Shown here one piece after another: positions 37,872 to 54,351 of a stretch of DNA of 64,000 bases (position 1 is its first letter; the number at the start of each line of letters is the position of its first letter). Source of the stretch: Eledone cirrhosa (lineage: Eukaryota); contig OZ024740.1 in NCBI GenBank assembly GCA_964016885.1, forward strand, positions 30,752,001 to 30,816,000. Direction: 5' to 3'. The notes below the pieces were generated by a model, which did not search any database, was not told the origin of the DNA, and saw only the letters and a list, made by a program, of their open reading frames with translations. The translations under genes were made by a program, and so were the position numbers.

Positions 37872-39487
37872 GGACCCTACTAGGAGAGCCACCCTCCACA
37901 GCCCAGAGCACTGGGGAGATCAGGCGGCTGTTTGAGGAACTGGATGTTGAGACAGAGCCCTTCACCAGAGAGGAGCTTCAGAGAGCTTCAGAGAGCCAAG
38001 AAGAGGATGAAGGAGGGCAAGGCTCATGGAGAAGATGGAGTGGCATCAGAGGTGATGAAGAGGTGTGATTTTGATGATATCATCCTGGGGTTCTGTAACG
38101 GGGCACTGGAGAAAGGAGTTGCCCCGAATCAGTGGAGGATCAGTAACATCGTCCCAGTGCCAAAGAAGGGAGATCTCTCTAACACCAACAACTACCGGGG
38201 GATCTCACTGACGTCACTTGTGGCAAAGACCCTCAACAGGATGATTCTTAACAGGATCCAGCCTGAGATGGAGAAGAAGCTCAGGGACAACCAGAACGGC
38301 TTCAGAGAGGGTAGATCAACCACCAGTCACATCCTGATGCTGAGGAGGATATTAGAGGGAGCTAGAGCAAAGTGCCTTCCTGCGGTCATGGTTTTCATTG
38401 ACTTTAGGAAGGCCTTTGATTCTGTGGACCGTTACTGCCTGATGAAGATCTTACAGGCTTATGGAATCCCCAAGAAGATAGTGGACCTGATATCACTGCT
38501 CTACACCAACACCAAAGCCCAAGTCATTACACCTGATGGGATGACAGAGTTCTTTGAGATACTGGCTGGAGTGCTCCAGGGAGATACATTGGCTCCCTAT
38601 CTTTTTGTCATCGTAGTGGACTATTGTATGCGCCTTGCACTGGAGAAACACCAGGAATCTGGCTTTACTGTAGCACCGGCTCAGAGCAGGAGAGTTAGGG
38701 CGAAAAAGGTATCGGATGCTGAATTTGCCGACGACATAGTTTTGGTGACAAATACAGTGAAGGAGGCAGAGGGATTTGATGCGGAGGTTGAGACTGTGTC
38801 GATGAGTGTGGGATGAGAATGAATGAGACTAAAACAAAATATCTGGTAGAGAATGTTGAGAAGCCAGAGGGGATCACTAATGTAGGTGGGAAGCCGCTGG
38901 AATTGGTTGAGGACTGTATTTGGGAGCAAGGATTGGGAATACGGAGGATGATGTGGTTGAGAGGAAGAGCAAGGCCTGGGCGGCGTGCCACAGCTTGAGA
39001 TCGGTGTGGAAGTCGGACCTTCGTAGAGACCTGAAAATCCGCCTCTTCATTGCTGTAGTGGAGTCTGTGCTGCTGTATGGGTCTGAGACTTGGACACTGA
39101 CCAAGAAACTCACTCAGATAGTGGATGGGTGCTACACGAGAATGCTGAGGATGGCTCTGAACATTAATCAGTATACACTGAGATGAAAAACTCAGAGCTG
39201 TATGGGAGCCTCCCAAAAGTCAGCTCAAAAGTGACACAGAGGAGACTGAGGTTGGCTGGACATGCTCACCGACATCCAGAGTTGACATTGCACTCAGTGC
39301 TCCTTTGGGAGCCCCTACATGGACACACTAGAAGAGGAAGACCAAGGTTAACGTATGTTGCTGCCCTAAGGACAGACACTGGTCTGTTGGAGATGCAGGA
39401 CACGGCAGCGATAATGAGGGACAGAGACCGCTGGAGAGAACTCGTCCATAGATCTCGGGAATTTTACCCGCCTTAGATAGATAGATA
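37871..39487 (+). mobile_element. 5'-truncated RTE-type LINE, reverse transcriptase (frameshifted)
   Basis: Motifs VPKKGDLSNTNNYRGISL, QNGFREGRST, FIDFRKAFDSV, GVLQGDTLAPYLF, FADD and LLYGSETW...RRLRLAGH. Several indels; (TAGA)n tail; flanked by (TA)n. Confidence 0.93.
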
Positions 39488-44124
<4,637 letters not shown>

Positions 44125-44129
<5 letters not shown>

Positions 44130-44579
44130 ATAAATGCTCTGAAATAGCGATATATATGTGAATATAGACATAGAATATTCGAAAATATTCTGTATGTTTA
44201 TAATAAACATTTTGAAGACCTAATCGCTATAGAATAGAATACGTCACGTATTACAATTAGATTCTCGATAAAAGCAAGGGAAGTAATCTACGCGTTTCAT
44301 TCTTGTTAGAAATCATCAGGACTACATATCCAGTGCTTTTATCGAGAATGACACAGCTAGAGACTTATAGAATACTTAGCTGTGTACAGGAACTGGTTTG
44401 AAAGAGCGGTTGCCGGTCCGGCAGAAATTAGAAATTGGAATAAATGCTCTGAAATAGCGATATATATGTGAATATAGACATAGAATATTCGAAAATATTC
44501 TGTATGTTTATAATAAACATTTTGAAGACCTAATCGCTATAGAATAGAATACGTCACGTATTACAATTAGATTCTCGAT
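44125..44579 (-). mobile_element. 310-bp tandem unit carrying a hammerhead (retrozyme-like or PLE pLTR)
   Basis: 44125-44269 is repeated exactly at 44435-44579, running into the gap. Non-coding, with many internal inverted repeats. Confidence 0.75.
44283..44325 (-). ncRNA. Minimal type I hammerhead ribozyme
   Basis: Minus strand reads gtagtc-CTGATGA-tttctaacaagaat-GAAA-cgcg-TA-gattac. Palindromic stem III ACGCGT, GUA site. Confidence 0.9.
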
Positions 44580-44779
44580 NNNNNNNNNNNNNNNNNNNNN
44601 NNNNNNNNNNNNNNNNNNNNNNNNNNNNNNNNNNNNNNNNNNNNNNNNNNNNNNNNNNNNNNNNNNNNNNNNNNNNNNNNNNNNNNNNNNNNNNNNNNNN
44701 NNNNNNNNNNNNNNNNNNNNNNNNNNNNNNNNNNNNNNNNNNNNNNNNNNNNNNNNNNNNNNNNNNNNNNNNNNNNNNN
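44580..44779. other. Assembly gap (200 N)
   Basis: Run of N. Confidence 1.
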
Positions 44780-46587
44780 CCGACGGCCTTCGCGCCCTCA
44801 AACACTACCTCGACCTTCGCCCCTCCCCCATTCCCTCCACCCCCACCCTCCTTCGCCTCGCCGAGCTGGTCCTCACCCTAAATTGTTTCTCCTTCTCGGG
44901 TGAGTTTTACCAACAGGTCACGGGGGTAGCCATGGGCACAAGAATGGGCCCGAACTATGCCAACCTTTTTGTTGGCCATGTTGAGGCCCAAATCTTTGCC
45001 CAGTACACCGGCCCCACGCCCGAACTGTACGGTCGTTACATTGACGACTGTATCGGAGCCACGACCCTCACCCGAGTACAGCTCGACTCCTTTCTCTCCT
45101 TCTTCTGCTCCTTCCACCCCTCCCTCCACTTCACCACCTCTATCTCCACCACCCACGTCCACTTCTTGGACATCTCCGTCGCCTTCGACCCCTCCCACCA
45201 CTCCCTCGTCACCTCCGCCTTCTTCAAACCCACCGACTCCCACTCTTACCTCGACTTCACCTCTTCCCACCCCACCCACACTAAACTCTCCATTCCCTAC
45301 TCCCAACTTCTCAGGATCCGCCGCCTCTGTAGCCGAGATGCTGACTTCGAGTCCCAAGCCCTTTCCCTAGTCAGCCATTTCATCCGCAGAGGTTACCCCC
45401 CCTCTCTCGTCCACACCGCTCTCACCCGCGCCCGTGCTATCCCCCGCTCTACCACCCTCACCCCACGCCACCGCACACCCACCCACCGTCTCCCCTTCCC
45501 CATCACCTACCACCCCTCCACCTTACCCCTCCACCGCACCATCCGCCGCCTCTTCCGACACCTCCAGTCCGACCCCTCCACCTCCCACATCTTCCCAACC
45601 CCACCACTCCCCTCCTTCATACGCGCACGCAATCTCCGCACCCTCCTCGTCCACAGCTCCCTACCCCCCAACCCACGCTCCGTTTCCCCCCCCCCGGTTC
45701 CTTCCCCTGTTCTAGGCCCCGCTGCAACACCTGTCCCCACATCACCAACACCACCACCTTCCAGGGTCCCAACGGCCACCCTCTCTCGGTCCGGCATGCC
45801 TTCCGCTGCACCTCCTCCAACCTAGTCTACGGACTTCGTTGCACGAGGTGCAGCGCGACTTATGTCGGACAGACGGGACGCCGCCTGGCGGACCGAGTCA
45901 CGGAGCACCTCCGGGACATTCGCCTCGGGGGCAGTTCCCCCATCGCCCGCCACTTTGGTGGCCCTGGACACTCCGCACACCATCTCACAGTCTGTGGCCT
46001 ACTCCAGTGCCACGGAACACCCGCCCATCGCCTCACGGTCGAACAACGTACTATCTTCATCTTACAGACCCACACCCCCCCCGGCCTGAACTCCCCACCC
46101 TTATTCCTTTAGCGTTCGACCGCCCCCCTCCCCCCTTATCCCCCACTAACACCACTAACACACCCCTCCTTTTCACCGCCCACCCCACACTAACAATACT
46201 AACACCCCCACTCCACCCCTCATCTAACCACCCTTCCCCAACTAACATACTAACATCCCTTCCCTCCCCTCTTCTCCTCCTCCCCCCTCCTTATCACACG
46301 CACACACTTACACCACCCACCCCACACGCAACTAACATCACTAACACCCTCCAACCCCACGCACACGTACCCACACACCCTCGTACACCACCACTCTACA
46401 CACCCTACCCCCACTAACCCCCACTCACACCTGCATTCCACCCCTCCCCACCTCCCGTCTACTAACACCCACTAACACACTCCTCACCAAACTACACACA
46501 CACCAGTACACCACACTCCCTCCACAGAACCACACACACCCTTCTCTCCCCACTCCACACTCACTCATCCCACTAACACCCCTACTA

Positions 46588-46630
<43 letters not shown>

Positions 46631-47575
46631 CCTCACTCCAACTCTCACACCTACCCATCCTCGCCTCCCTACCATTCCGCTGACTGCTGCTATGCCCTTC
46701 CGACCACTGTCTCAGCACCCACTGACCACAGCACTTCCACTGCTGACCACTTCCTGTTGCGCGCGCACCCCACATCTCTCCTCTTCCGACCACCGCTTCT
46801 TGGATTACCCACACGCGTTTTGACTTCCAACCAAAATCTCCATACATCCGTGTAACTTACCACTTTTCAAACCATCCTCTAACACCATCACCTATATAAC
46901 TCACCCACACACACATCCCAAAACAAATTTTTTTATCCACACGCCACCCACACCCACAACACGCTTAAACCACACACACGTGCTTCCCACCACATATTTA
47001 CACCCTCAGCCCCCTGATTCCTCTCCCCCCACCCCCTATCCACACACGCACAGACCCTCCGACACACAAAAACACCCCCCCCACACACACCTTCCTGAAC
47101 ATGCAACCCCGTTCTTCCCCCAACCCTCACTTTCACATACACACACACACACACACACCTAACCACACACACCACCTTCAGCCCTCCCCGCTCCCGTCTC
47201 CCTCTCCCCACTCCACCCGCCTCCACCTCTACTCACCCCACACCCTTCCACCACCTGTTTACCCCCCTTTTAATTTCAGTTTATTTTGATCATGCCTTTA
47301 TTTTTAAATGTTCTCATTCCTTGTATTTTGATCATGCTTTATTTTTATTTATTATTTATTATAATTTTGTCTTTATTTGTTAATTTTTCATTCGCACCGT
47401 TTCCTTTCGCTATATGTCTCTCCACCACTCCCCTACACACCTTTTGAACTCTTACCCGAAGAAGGGCTTATGCCCGAAACGTCGTCCTCCACCTACCCCC
47501 CACTCTCCTGAGCGTGAAGCTAATAAACATTTGTCGTACTGCCTCTCTGTTCTGTCCCTGTTCAATTTTTTATTA
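44780..47575 (+). mobile_element. Penelope-like element (Neptune-like), RT + Cys linker + GIY-YIG + C/A-rich 3' UTR
   Basis: Frame is open from the gap: GVAMGTRMGPNYANLF, RYIDD, FLDI, KPTD, SSHP, SIPYSQLLRIRRLCS. After a shift in the C-run at ~45690 it reads CSRPRCNTC...LVYGLRCTRCSATYVGQTGRRLADRVTEH...GLN, stop at 46112. Hammerhead-like core, AATAAA and TA tail follow. Clade name is inference. Confidence 0.92.
47456..47486 (+). ncRNA. Degenerate hammerhead-like core at the PLE 3' end
   Basis: CCGAAGA-agggcttatgccc-GAAA-cgtc-GTC. The U4 position is C and no stem I is visible. Confidence 0.5.
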
Positions 47576-47582
47576 TATATAT

Positions 47583-47619
<37 letters not shown>

Positions 47620-47622
47620 GAT

Positions 47623-47671
47623 GCTTCCTGAAGATTTCATCTGAATGAAACAGTACTAGTCCTGTAGAAGC
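47623..47671 (+). ncRNA. Type I hammerhead ribozyme
   Basis: gcttc-CTGAAGA-tttcatctgaat-GAAA-cag-tactagtc-ctg-TA-gaagc. All three stems present, GUA site. Confidence 0.87.
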
Positions 47672-47686
47672 TCCTTCTATAAAATA

Positions 47687-47718
<32 letters not shown>

Positions 47719-47738
47719 TTTATTTATATATATATATT

Positions 47739-47771
<33 letters not shown>

Positions 47772-47884
47772 ATATTTATATATATATTTATATTTATATA
47801 TATATATTTATATATATATATATATATATTTATAAAATAAAGTTAAATAAAAAGTCAAATGTTTAAAATTTAGCTTCGTTTATT

Positions 47885-47939
47885 ACTGCTATATATATTT
47901 CAGTGACAGCCATCTTTGACTGTGACCTCTTCAGGCAGT
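47885..47939 (-). ncRNA. Type I hammerhead ribozyme
   Basis: Minus strand reads actgc-CTGAAGA-ggtcacagtcaaagatggctgtcact-GAAA-tatata-TA-gcagt. Palindromic stem III, followed by AATAAA and a TA tail. Confidence 0.87.
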
Positions 47940-48362
47940 CCTAATTAGTGTGGTATAGACAAGTACATATGTTGTTGAGGTGTATAATTTTGTCAATACT
48001 CTGATATGCCCAGTTCCTGGTTGGGTTATTTCACTGAGGAACTGGAATCATACGAATTCAAACAAACGAATTTCAGTGTCAAAGGGCCTCTTCTCCTCTC
48101 ATTGGTCAGTTGTTAGAACATTCCTCATTCTAAGTGTTGTTATTGTTGGAGTTAGCTTAAAAAATTGATAAAGTGGTAGAAGGGACAAGTTGTTAAAAGA
48201 ACAAATAACAAAAAAAGTGTCAAACTTCCCATTGGTCAGTTCTGGGAGCATTCCTCAGTCAGAAGTCTATAGAATTCTTTCTGGGGTGAGGCTCCCTATA
48301 GTGTTTGTGTTTGCTACAGGGAGCCTCACCCCAGAAAGAATTCTATAGACTTCTTTTGTGTG

Positions 48363-48437
48363 TCACACACACACAAAACAAGATGGCGTAGGACAGAACA
48401 AAGGAGAGGCACAAAAAACAAAGAAAAGAATCCCCAG
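48363..48437 (+). mobile_element. Fragment of the pLTR of the 58-59 kb PLE
   Basis: Matches 59192-59263 (aaacaagatggcgtaggacagaacaaagg...aagaatccccag). Confidence 0.85.
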
Positions 48438-48706
48438 ATGGTTGAACCTCTGAAAGTATATACTTTCCTTATGCATATTAACGGCTGAGCAGCCTAATTT
48501 GCATATCGAGTGAGTTAATCGGCCGGGGTACCGAAAACGATAAACGGAAAAAATGAAACGAAATTTCATTTCTCACTCTTAGTACGGCTGTTACTTGAAT
48601 ATAAGTATGTATACGGGATGTAATTCGGGATGTTTGTTTACAAACACACCGAGCATTATAATAAATGTCCGGTGAATCCATACGTACATATATATATGTG
48701 TGCATG

Positions 48707-48756
<50 letters not shown>

Positions 48757-48865
48757 CTACTGTACGTCTGTATACATATATGTATGTACGTATACATACT
48801 TATATTTAAGTAACAGCCGTACTAAGTGTGAGAAATGAAATTCCGTTTCATTTTTTTCCGTTTAT
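48434..48865. mobile_element. Rearranged copies of hammerhead family C (see 56880-57210)
   Basis: 48434-48615 in minus sense and 48620-48863 in plus sense. Shares blocks with 56880-57210 and 59720-59880. Confidence 0.75.
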
Positions 48866-48876
48866 ATATGCATATT

Positions 48877-48909
<33 letters not shown>

Positions 48910-48949
48910 ATATATATATATATATATATTTATTTATTGTATAGAAGGA

Positions 48950-48998
48950 GCTTCTACAGGACTAGTACTGTTTCATTCAGATGAAATCTTCAGGAAGC
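48950..48998 (-). ncRNA. Type I hammerhead ribozyme (inverted copy of 47623-47671)
   Basis: Exact reverse complement of the 47623 motif. Confidence 0.87.
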
Positions 48999-49439
48999 TG
49001 AGTTCTGGTATTTATACATTTAGGTAGTGGTAAGGGAGGGGGTGGTGGCTGGGGGAGTGGGGGGGGGGGGGTAGGATGGTATTTAGATACACAGGACCAC
49101 AACATGGCACAGGCCGTTTTTTCTTTGGGGAGTGGTCAATTAGCCAGAGTGATTTTTTTTAAATAAAAGAAAAAGAAAAAGTAAATAAATAAATAAGTGA
49201 ATAAATAAATAAATGAATAAATAGATAAATGAATAAATAAATAAAAATAAATAAATAAAACCCCCAAGAATAGTAATTCAACAGATATATATAGTAGGGA
49301 ATTGTTTTTAGGTGGGTTGGTAATAGAAGATAAACAAGACCGAATCATGGCACAGACTGAGGTGAGTGGTCAAGTTAACATACAAGCCACAGGTGGCCAG
49401 AGTGTTTTTGTAGGATGGAAAGAATAAAATATATTTACA

Positions 49440-49647
49440 TACTCACAACCACATACATAAACACTTACACACATATATATATATATATGCATACACACAC
49501 ATACATGTATGTATGTCTCTCGGTATAAACTATACTATACTATACATACATATACATACATATGCACACACATACATACATACACATACATACACACACA
49601 CACAAAAACACATACTTACACACATATATACATATACACACATATAC

Positions 49648-49711
<64 letters not shown>

Positions 49712-50356
49712 ACATATTCAAGCACACACGCATACATACACATACATACATACAAATATGTACACATAAACACATATACACATACACGCACTAGTTCGCA
49801 CACATACAAGTATCTATAATATATTGGGAAAAGGTAGTGGGACAAATTATAAACTGAGCCAGATAGAGGATTAAAATAATTAATATCACTACTAAGTTAT
49901 TAATATTATCATCAAGTAATTAATTACTATTTATTATTTACTATTTACCATTCACTATTCGTTACCTATCCTTTATCTTTTATCTATTATTTATATTTAT
50001 ATATATATTTATATATATATATATATTTATTTATATATATATATATTTATATATATATATTAAACGGAAATACTTATATATATATTTATATATTTATATA
50101 TATATTTATATATATATTTATATATATTTATATATATATTTATATATATATATTTATATATATATTTATATAAATATATAAATATATATATATATATATT
50201 TATATTTATATTTATATATATTTATATATATATATTTATATTTATATATATTTATATATATATATATTTATATTTATATATATTTATATATATATATATT
50301 TATATATATATATATTTATATATATATTTATATATATATATATATTTATATATTTA

Positions 50357-50417
<61 letters not shown>

Positions 50418-50520
50418 TTATATATATATATGTGTCTGTGTGTGTGGATGTATGTGTGTGCATGTGTATGTAGATATGTATGTTTGTATATATATCTGCG
50501 TGTGTATGTGTGTATATGTG
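49440..50520. repeat. Compound (CA/TA/TTTA) microsatellite region
   Basis: Direct reading. Confidence 0.9.
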
Positions 50521-51780
50521 ACTGATTGTATGTGTGGACAAACGGTTATGTATATAGTATAATCAATTTTTTTTTTAATATATGACAAAAAGTAACAAAT
50601 ATCCTGTAATTAAAAAAATGTTTGTGTAAAAATGTCGTAGTTGTAGAACAATGTGTATTTCAATAGACAGATTATCTCCCTTCAATATTCTAACTACTAT
50701 GTTGTAGTTGACAGGCTGACTAATGTAACGATCCCTTGTTACAAGAAGTCTAAATGTTTAAATGTTATGCTGACCCTACTTAATTGGCTGTAAAGAAAAC
50801 TAAATAAATATCAGCGTCCTAATGACGTAGAATAAGTAAACCATAGGAGTCAGGAACAGATCAATTTTGCAGGGTTCCCCTGGCTGAAAATTACATCGGG
50901 GCTCTTGTGTATTATTTATGGTAGCAAAAATATAATAATTTGTGACCTTTTAGATATTGTAGGACTTCTAGATGTAGTCCAGTCAGTCCCCAGCCCTACC
51001 TTAATTCAACATTGACAGTATTACAAAACAAAATATACAGGGTAGAAGATATGCGTACATACTTGCTGCTCCAAGATAAATCAAAAGTTTCATATTGAAG
51101 TCATTATATAAAAAATAAATAAACTTATATCCCAAAATAATATACTATTCTGCAATGAAATACCGATAAAACCTTAGACAGATTGTTATATACAAACGAA
51201 CAATAAAAACGAACAATCTTTTACATAAAAAAATATCAACCTTCATAATAAAACTAACGAAAGAAGTCTATGAAGAAAATTGCAACAGCATTTATAATAT
51301 AGCAGCCTTCAAGATAACTTCAAGTTAACTCCACAAACCATAGTCTAATGAAGTCGTTGGTGCACAGCAACGTGTTTCAAGAAGCAAATAAGCTTGTGAA
51401 ATCTATCTCTTTTTCAAGTATGGTTTGGCGTTGACTTCTCTGAAATTCTCTCCTGTCCTTTGACAGATTTTATTTTTAATCTTGATGGATAGTTACATAT
51501 CTTTTTCACTCAGTAAACTGTAGGGGGCGATTTAGTCGCCAATCACCCAACTATAAGACAGGCTGTACTGGGTTTCATGGTACTAGTGGCATGGAGAAGC
51601 TAATCTGACCAGTTAGTTAAAACAGCGCACATTCTATTGAGTAATAAGTGAATATACTTTATCTCGAATAAGTGAATATACAGGCTGGTCCGAAAGTCTT
51701 GTCACCCCCTACCATGTCTTTTGTCCATGTCGTTATCGCTTAGTTCGTTGACGAATGTTGGCTTAAACGATTAACATTAT

Positions 51781-51965
51781 TTGGCAGTATCGGTAGAGGG
51801 TCGGACGCCATGCTTTCCAGCATAGTTACGTCCCTTTACGATCTGAGTTCAAATCCCGCCGAGGTTGACTTTGCCTTTCATCCTTACGGGGTCGATAAAA
51901 TAAAGTACCAGTAATGCACTGGGTAATTGCTGGCCTTGTGCCTAAAGTAGAAACAATTATTATAA
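51781..51965 (+). mobile_element. SINE family A
   Basis: A box, B box, central domain and ATT tail as in 30275-30465. Confidence 0.9.
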
Positions 51966-51971
51966 TGGTAT

Positions 51972-52159
51972 AATTAATTGTTTCTACTTTTGGCACAAGG
52001 CCATCAATTACCCAGTGCATTACTGGTACTTTATTTTATCGATCCCGTAAGGATGAAAGGCAAAGTTAACCTCGACGGGATTTGAACTCAGGTCATAAAG
52101 GTCCATAACTCTATGCTGCAAAGCATGGTGTCCGACCCTCTACCGATACTGCCAATCCA
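51972..52159 (-). mobile_element. SINE family A (inverted, tail-to-tail with the previous copy)
   Basis: Reverse complement of family A. Confidence 0.9.
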
Positions 52160-52609
52160 ACTTCCATACTCTTTAGTCAATATACTGTTAGACGTTAAAA
52201 CAAAAAATAATGAAATTTAAAACAATATATAAGGGTGACAAGACTTTCGGACCACCCTGTACAATGACAGCACCCACCAAAAGCACCACGATGCCCGTTA
52301 GAATAAGCAGTAGTGTCAACACCACACTACAGTTAACAAGTTTAGCACTACCTACGAAACTGTCCATGTCCATACGCTGTAATACATATTACGTTAATGA
52401 AAGATATACAAGTATTAGTAGGTACCTGATACTGCGCTGCTAATGTGATATGCTGTACATATTTTTAAACATACAAAATGATGATTTAGATGAAGAAATC
52501 TTAGAAAGCAATACCAAAATTCTACATAAAATTTCTAAAGTTACCCAGAGAATATCAACAGGATCTATTTCTATTCAAACGTTACAAATTGTTTACATTT
52601 CCTCTTTCT

Positions 52610-52790
52610 CATCATCATCACCATCACCATCACCTCCATCACTATCAACATCATCACCATCATCATCACCACCCCCACCATCATCATCACCACCACCACC
52701 ACCACCACCACCATCATCACCATCACCACCACCACCATCATCACCATCACCTCCACCACCACCACCACTACCACCACCACCATAATCATC
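52610..52790. repeat. (CAC/CAT)n trinucleotide microsatellite
   Basis: Direct reading. Confidence 0.95.
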
Positions 52791-53439
52791 ATACCTCTTT
52801 TCTTTGATGTTGCTTTTATTTTGTAGCATTCACTGTCCTGATTCGCGTGTGTGTAAAGATGGGTTTGTGGCTTAATGTATAATTTGTGGTGGTGAATGGT
52901 TTTTCTGATAGTTCATCGAGTCCAACGCAGGCAGATGAAATACTCGCTAATCATACATTGCTCCCATTGCATATGACAAACTCTTGCACTACATTTGTGT
53001 CATCCATTATCCGAAAACAAAAGGTAGATCGTCCCAGGAAAACATCGCAACACTGACAATCAGAATATATATTCTGACTATAAGACTATAATAGAATTCG
53101 GACTATAGATTTCTGACGGTTTTATAGCATTTCCAGAGAAATCCATTGGAGTGTGCAATAATACGTCTAACAGTATATTGACTAAAGAGTATTCGGAATT
53201 AAACATCCCCAGCAAAACATAACACATAGAGACTCAGAAATATCTTATATTATTCTGTCAGCATTTATATTTTGTATGCATAACTATGCTATGAGTGTCA
53301 TATATTAGAAATGTACCCGTCAAATATCGAAGCTCTTAACTACTGATTGTTATTCAAAAACTTTCTATTGCCATAAATTTACGGCTGTTTGGTTTATTTC
53401 TTATTTATACACAAAGCCAATAATTTGTGAAGATGGAAA

Positions 53440-53517
53440 ATCGATTACATCGATCCCAGTACGTGACTAATACTTTATTTTATCGACCCCAGAAGGCTGA
53501 AAGGCAAAGTTAACCTT
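53440..53517 (-). mobile_element. Partial related SINE (central domain)
   Basis: tactttattttatcgacccc...gaaaggcaaagttaacct. Confidence 0.7.
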
Positions 53518-54070
53518 GATAAGATTTAAACACAATAACCAGAAGATATTTACAGAAATGACATTTTATCTGACGCTCTACCTAGTCTGTCAATCCTACA
53601 CACATACATCCACAATGAAATTAGCTCTGAAAATAGCAATGAAAATACCGATAGAAGAAAGAAGAGAAAATGACATAGAAAAAGTGTGGATGTTTGGCGG
53701 CGCTTTGCTCTGGAGTGAGGTGCAAGTATTTAAGACCAACTAAAGAATTCGAAAATTATCACGTATTTTTAACACTGTTTTAAAACTAATTACAAAATAC
53801 ATGTAAACGAAACTATCAAATAAAAGGAATAAATAAGATTTATGTACATATTCAGCCAGCATTGTATCTTTGCACTTCGTACTGTAGGTGTGTGTGGGTA
53901 GGTGAACGAGTCTGTGTGTGGGGGGTCGGGTGTGTGTGTGTGTGTGTGTGAAAACAGAGTAAATGTCCCCGGTCGTTATTTAGTGACAGAGTATATGTAC
54001 AATAAGGATAATTGCGAAACTCAGATGTTCAAAATTATTTTATTCGTAAAGCTGTGATACACATCCTATG

Positions 54071-54315
54071 GCATTCATGACCACGTGGTGCCTCGATCAT
54101 GCAACCAATAACACGAGATCATCAGACAGCATTTATGTAATAAAGTTATGTTGCCAATGTAATGCAAGCTAAAGACAAAGGAACGAACCAATATGGTGTT
54201 TTCATTACCGGAATCCGTTTCCTTGGTAGGGAACCATCATATTGGTCAGTTCTCTCGGAGTTTTGAACGTCTACATCGGACCTTTGCCTTCGCAATTATC
54301 CTTATTGTGTGTGTG

Positions 54316-54351
<36 letters not shown>

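Larger units (their letters stand above)
51681..52259. mobile_element. Tc1/mariner-type MITE
   Basis: TIRs CAGGCTGGTCCGAAAGTCTTGTCACCC / GGGTGACAAGACTTTCGGACCACCCTG, with TA on both sides. Confidence 0.88.

Noticed and set aside
52450-52829. Poly-His, poly-Pro and poly-Gly ORFs
   Set aside because: (CAC/CAT)n microsatellite open in several frames, with no splice or domain support.
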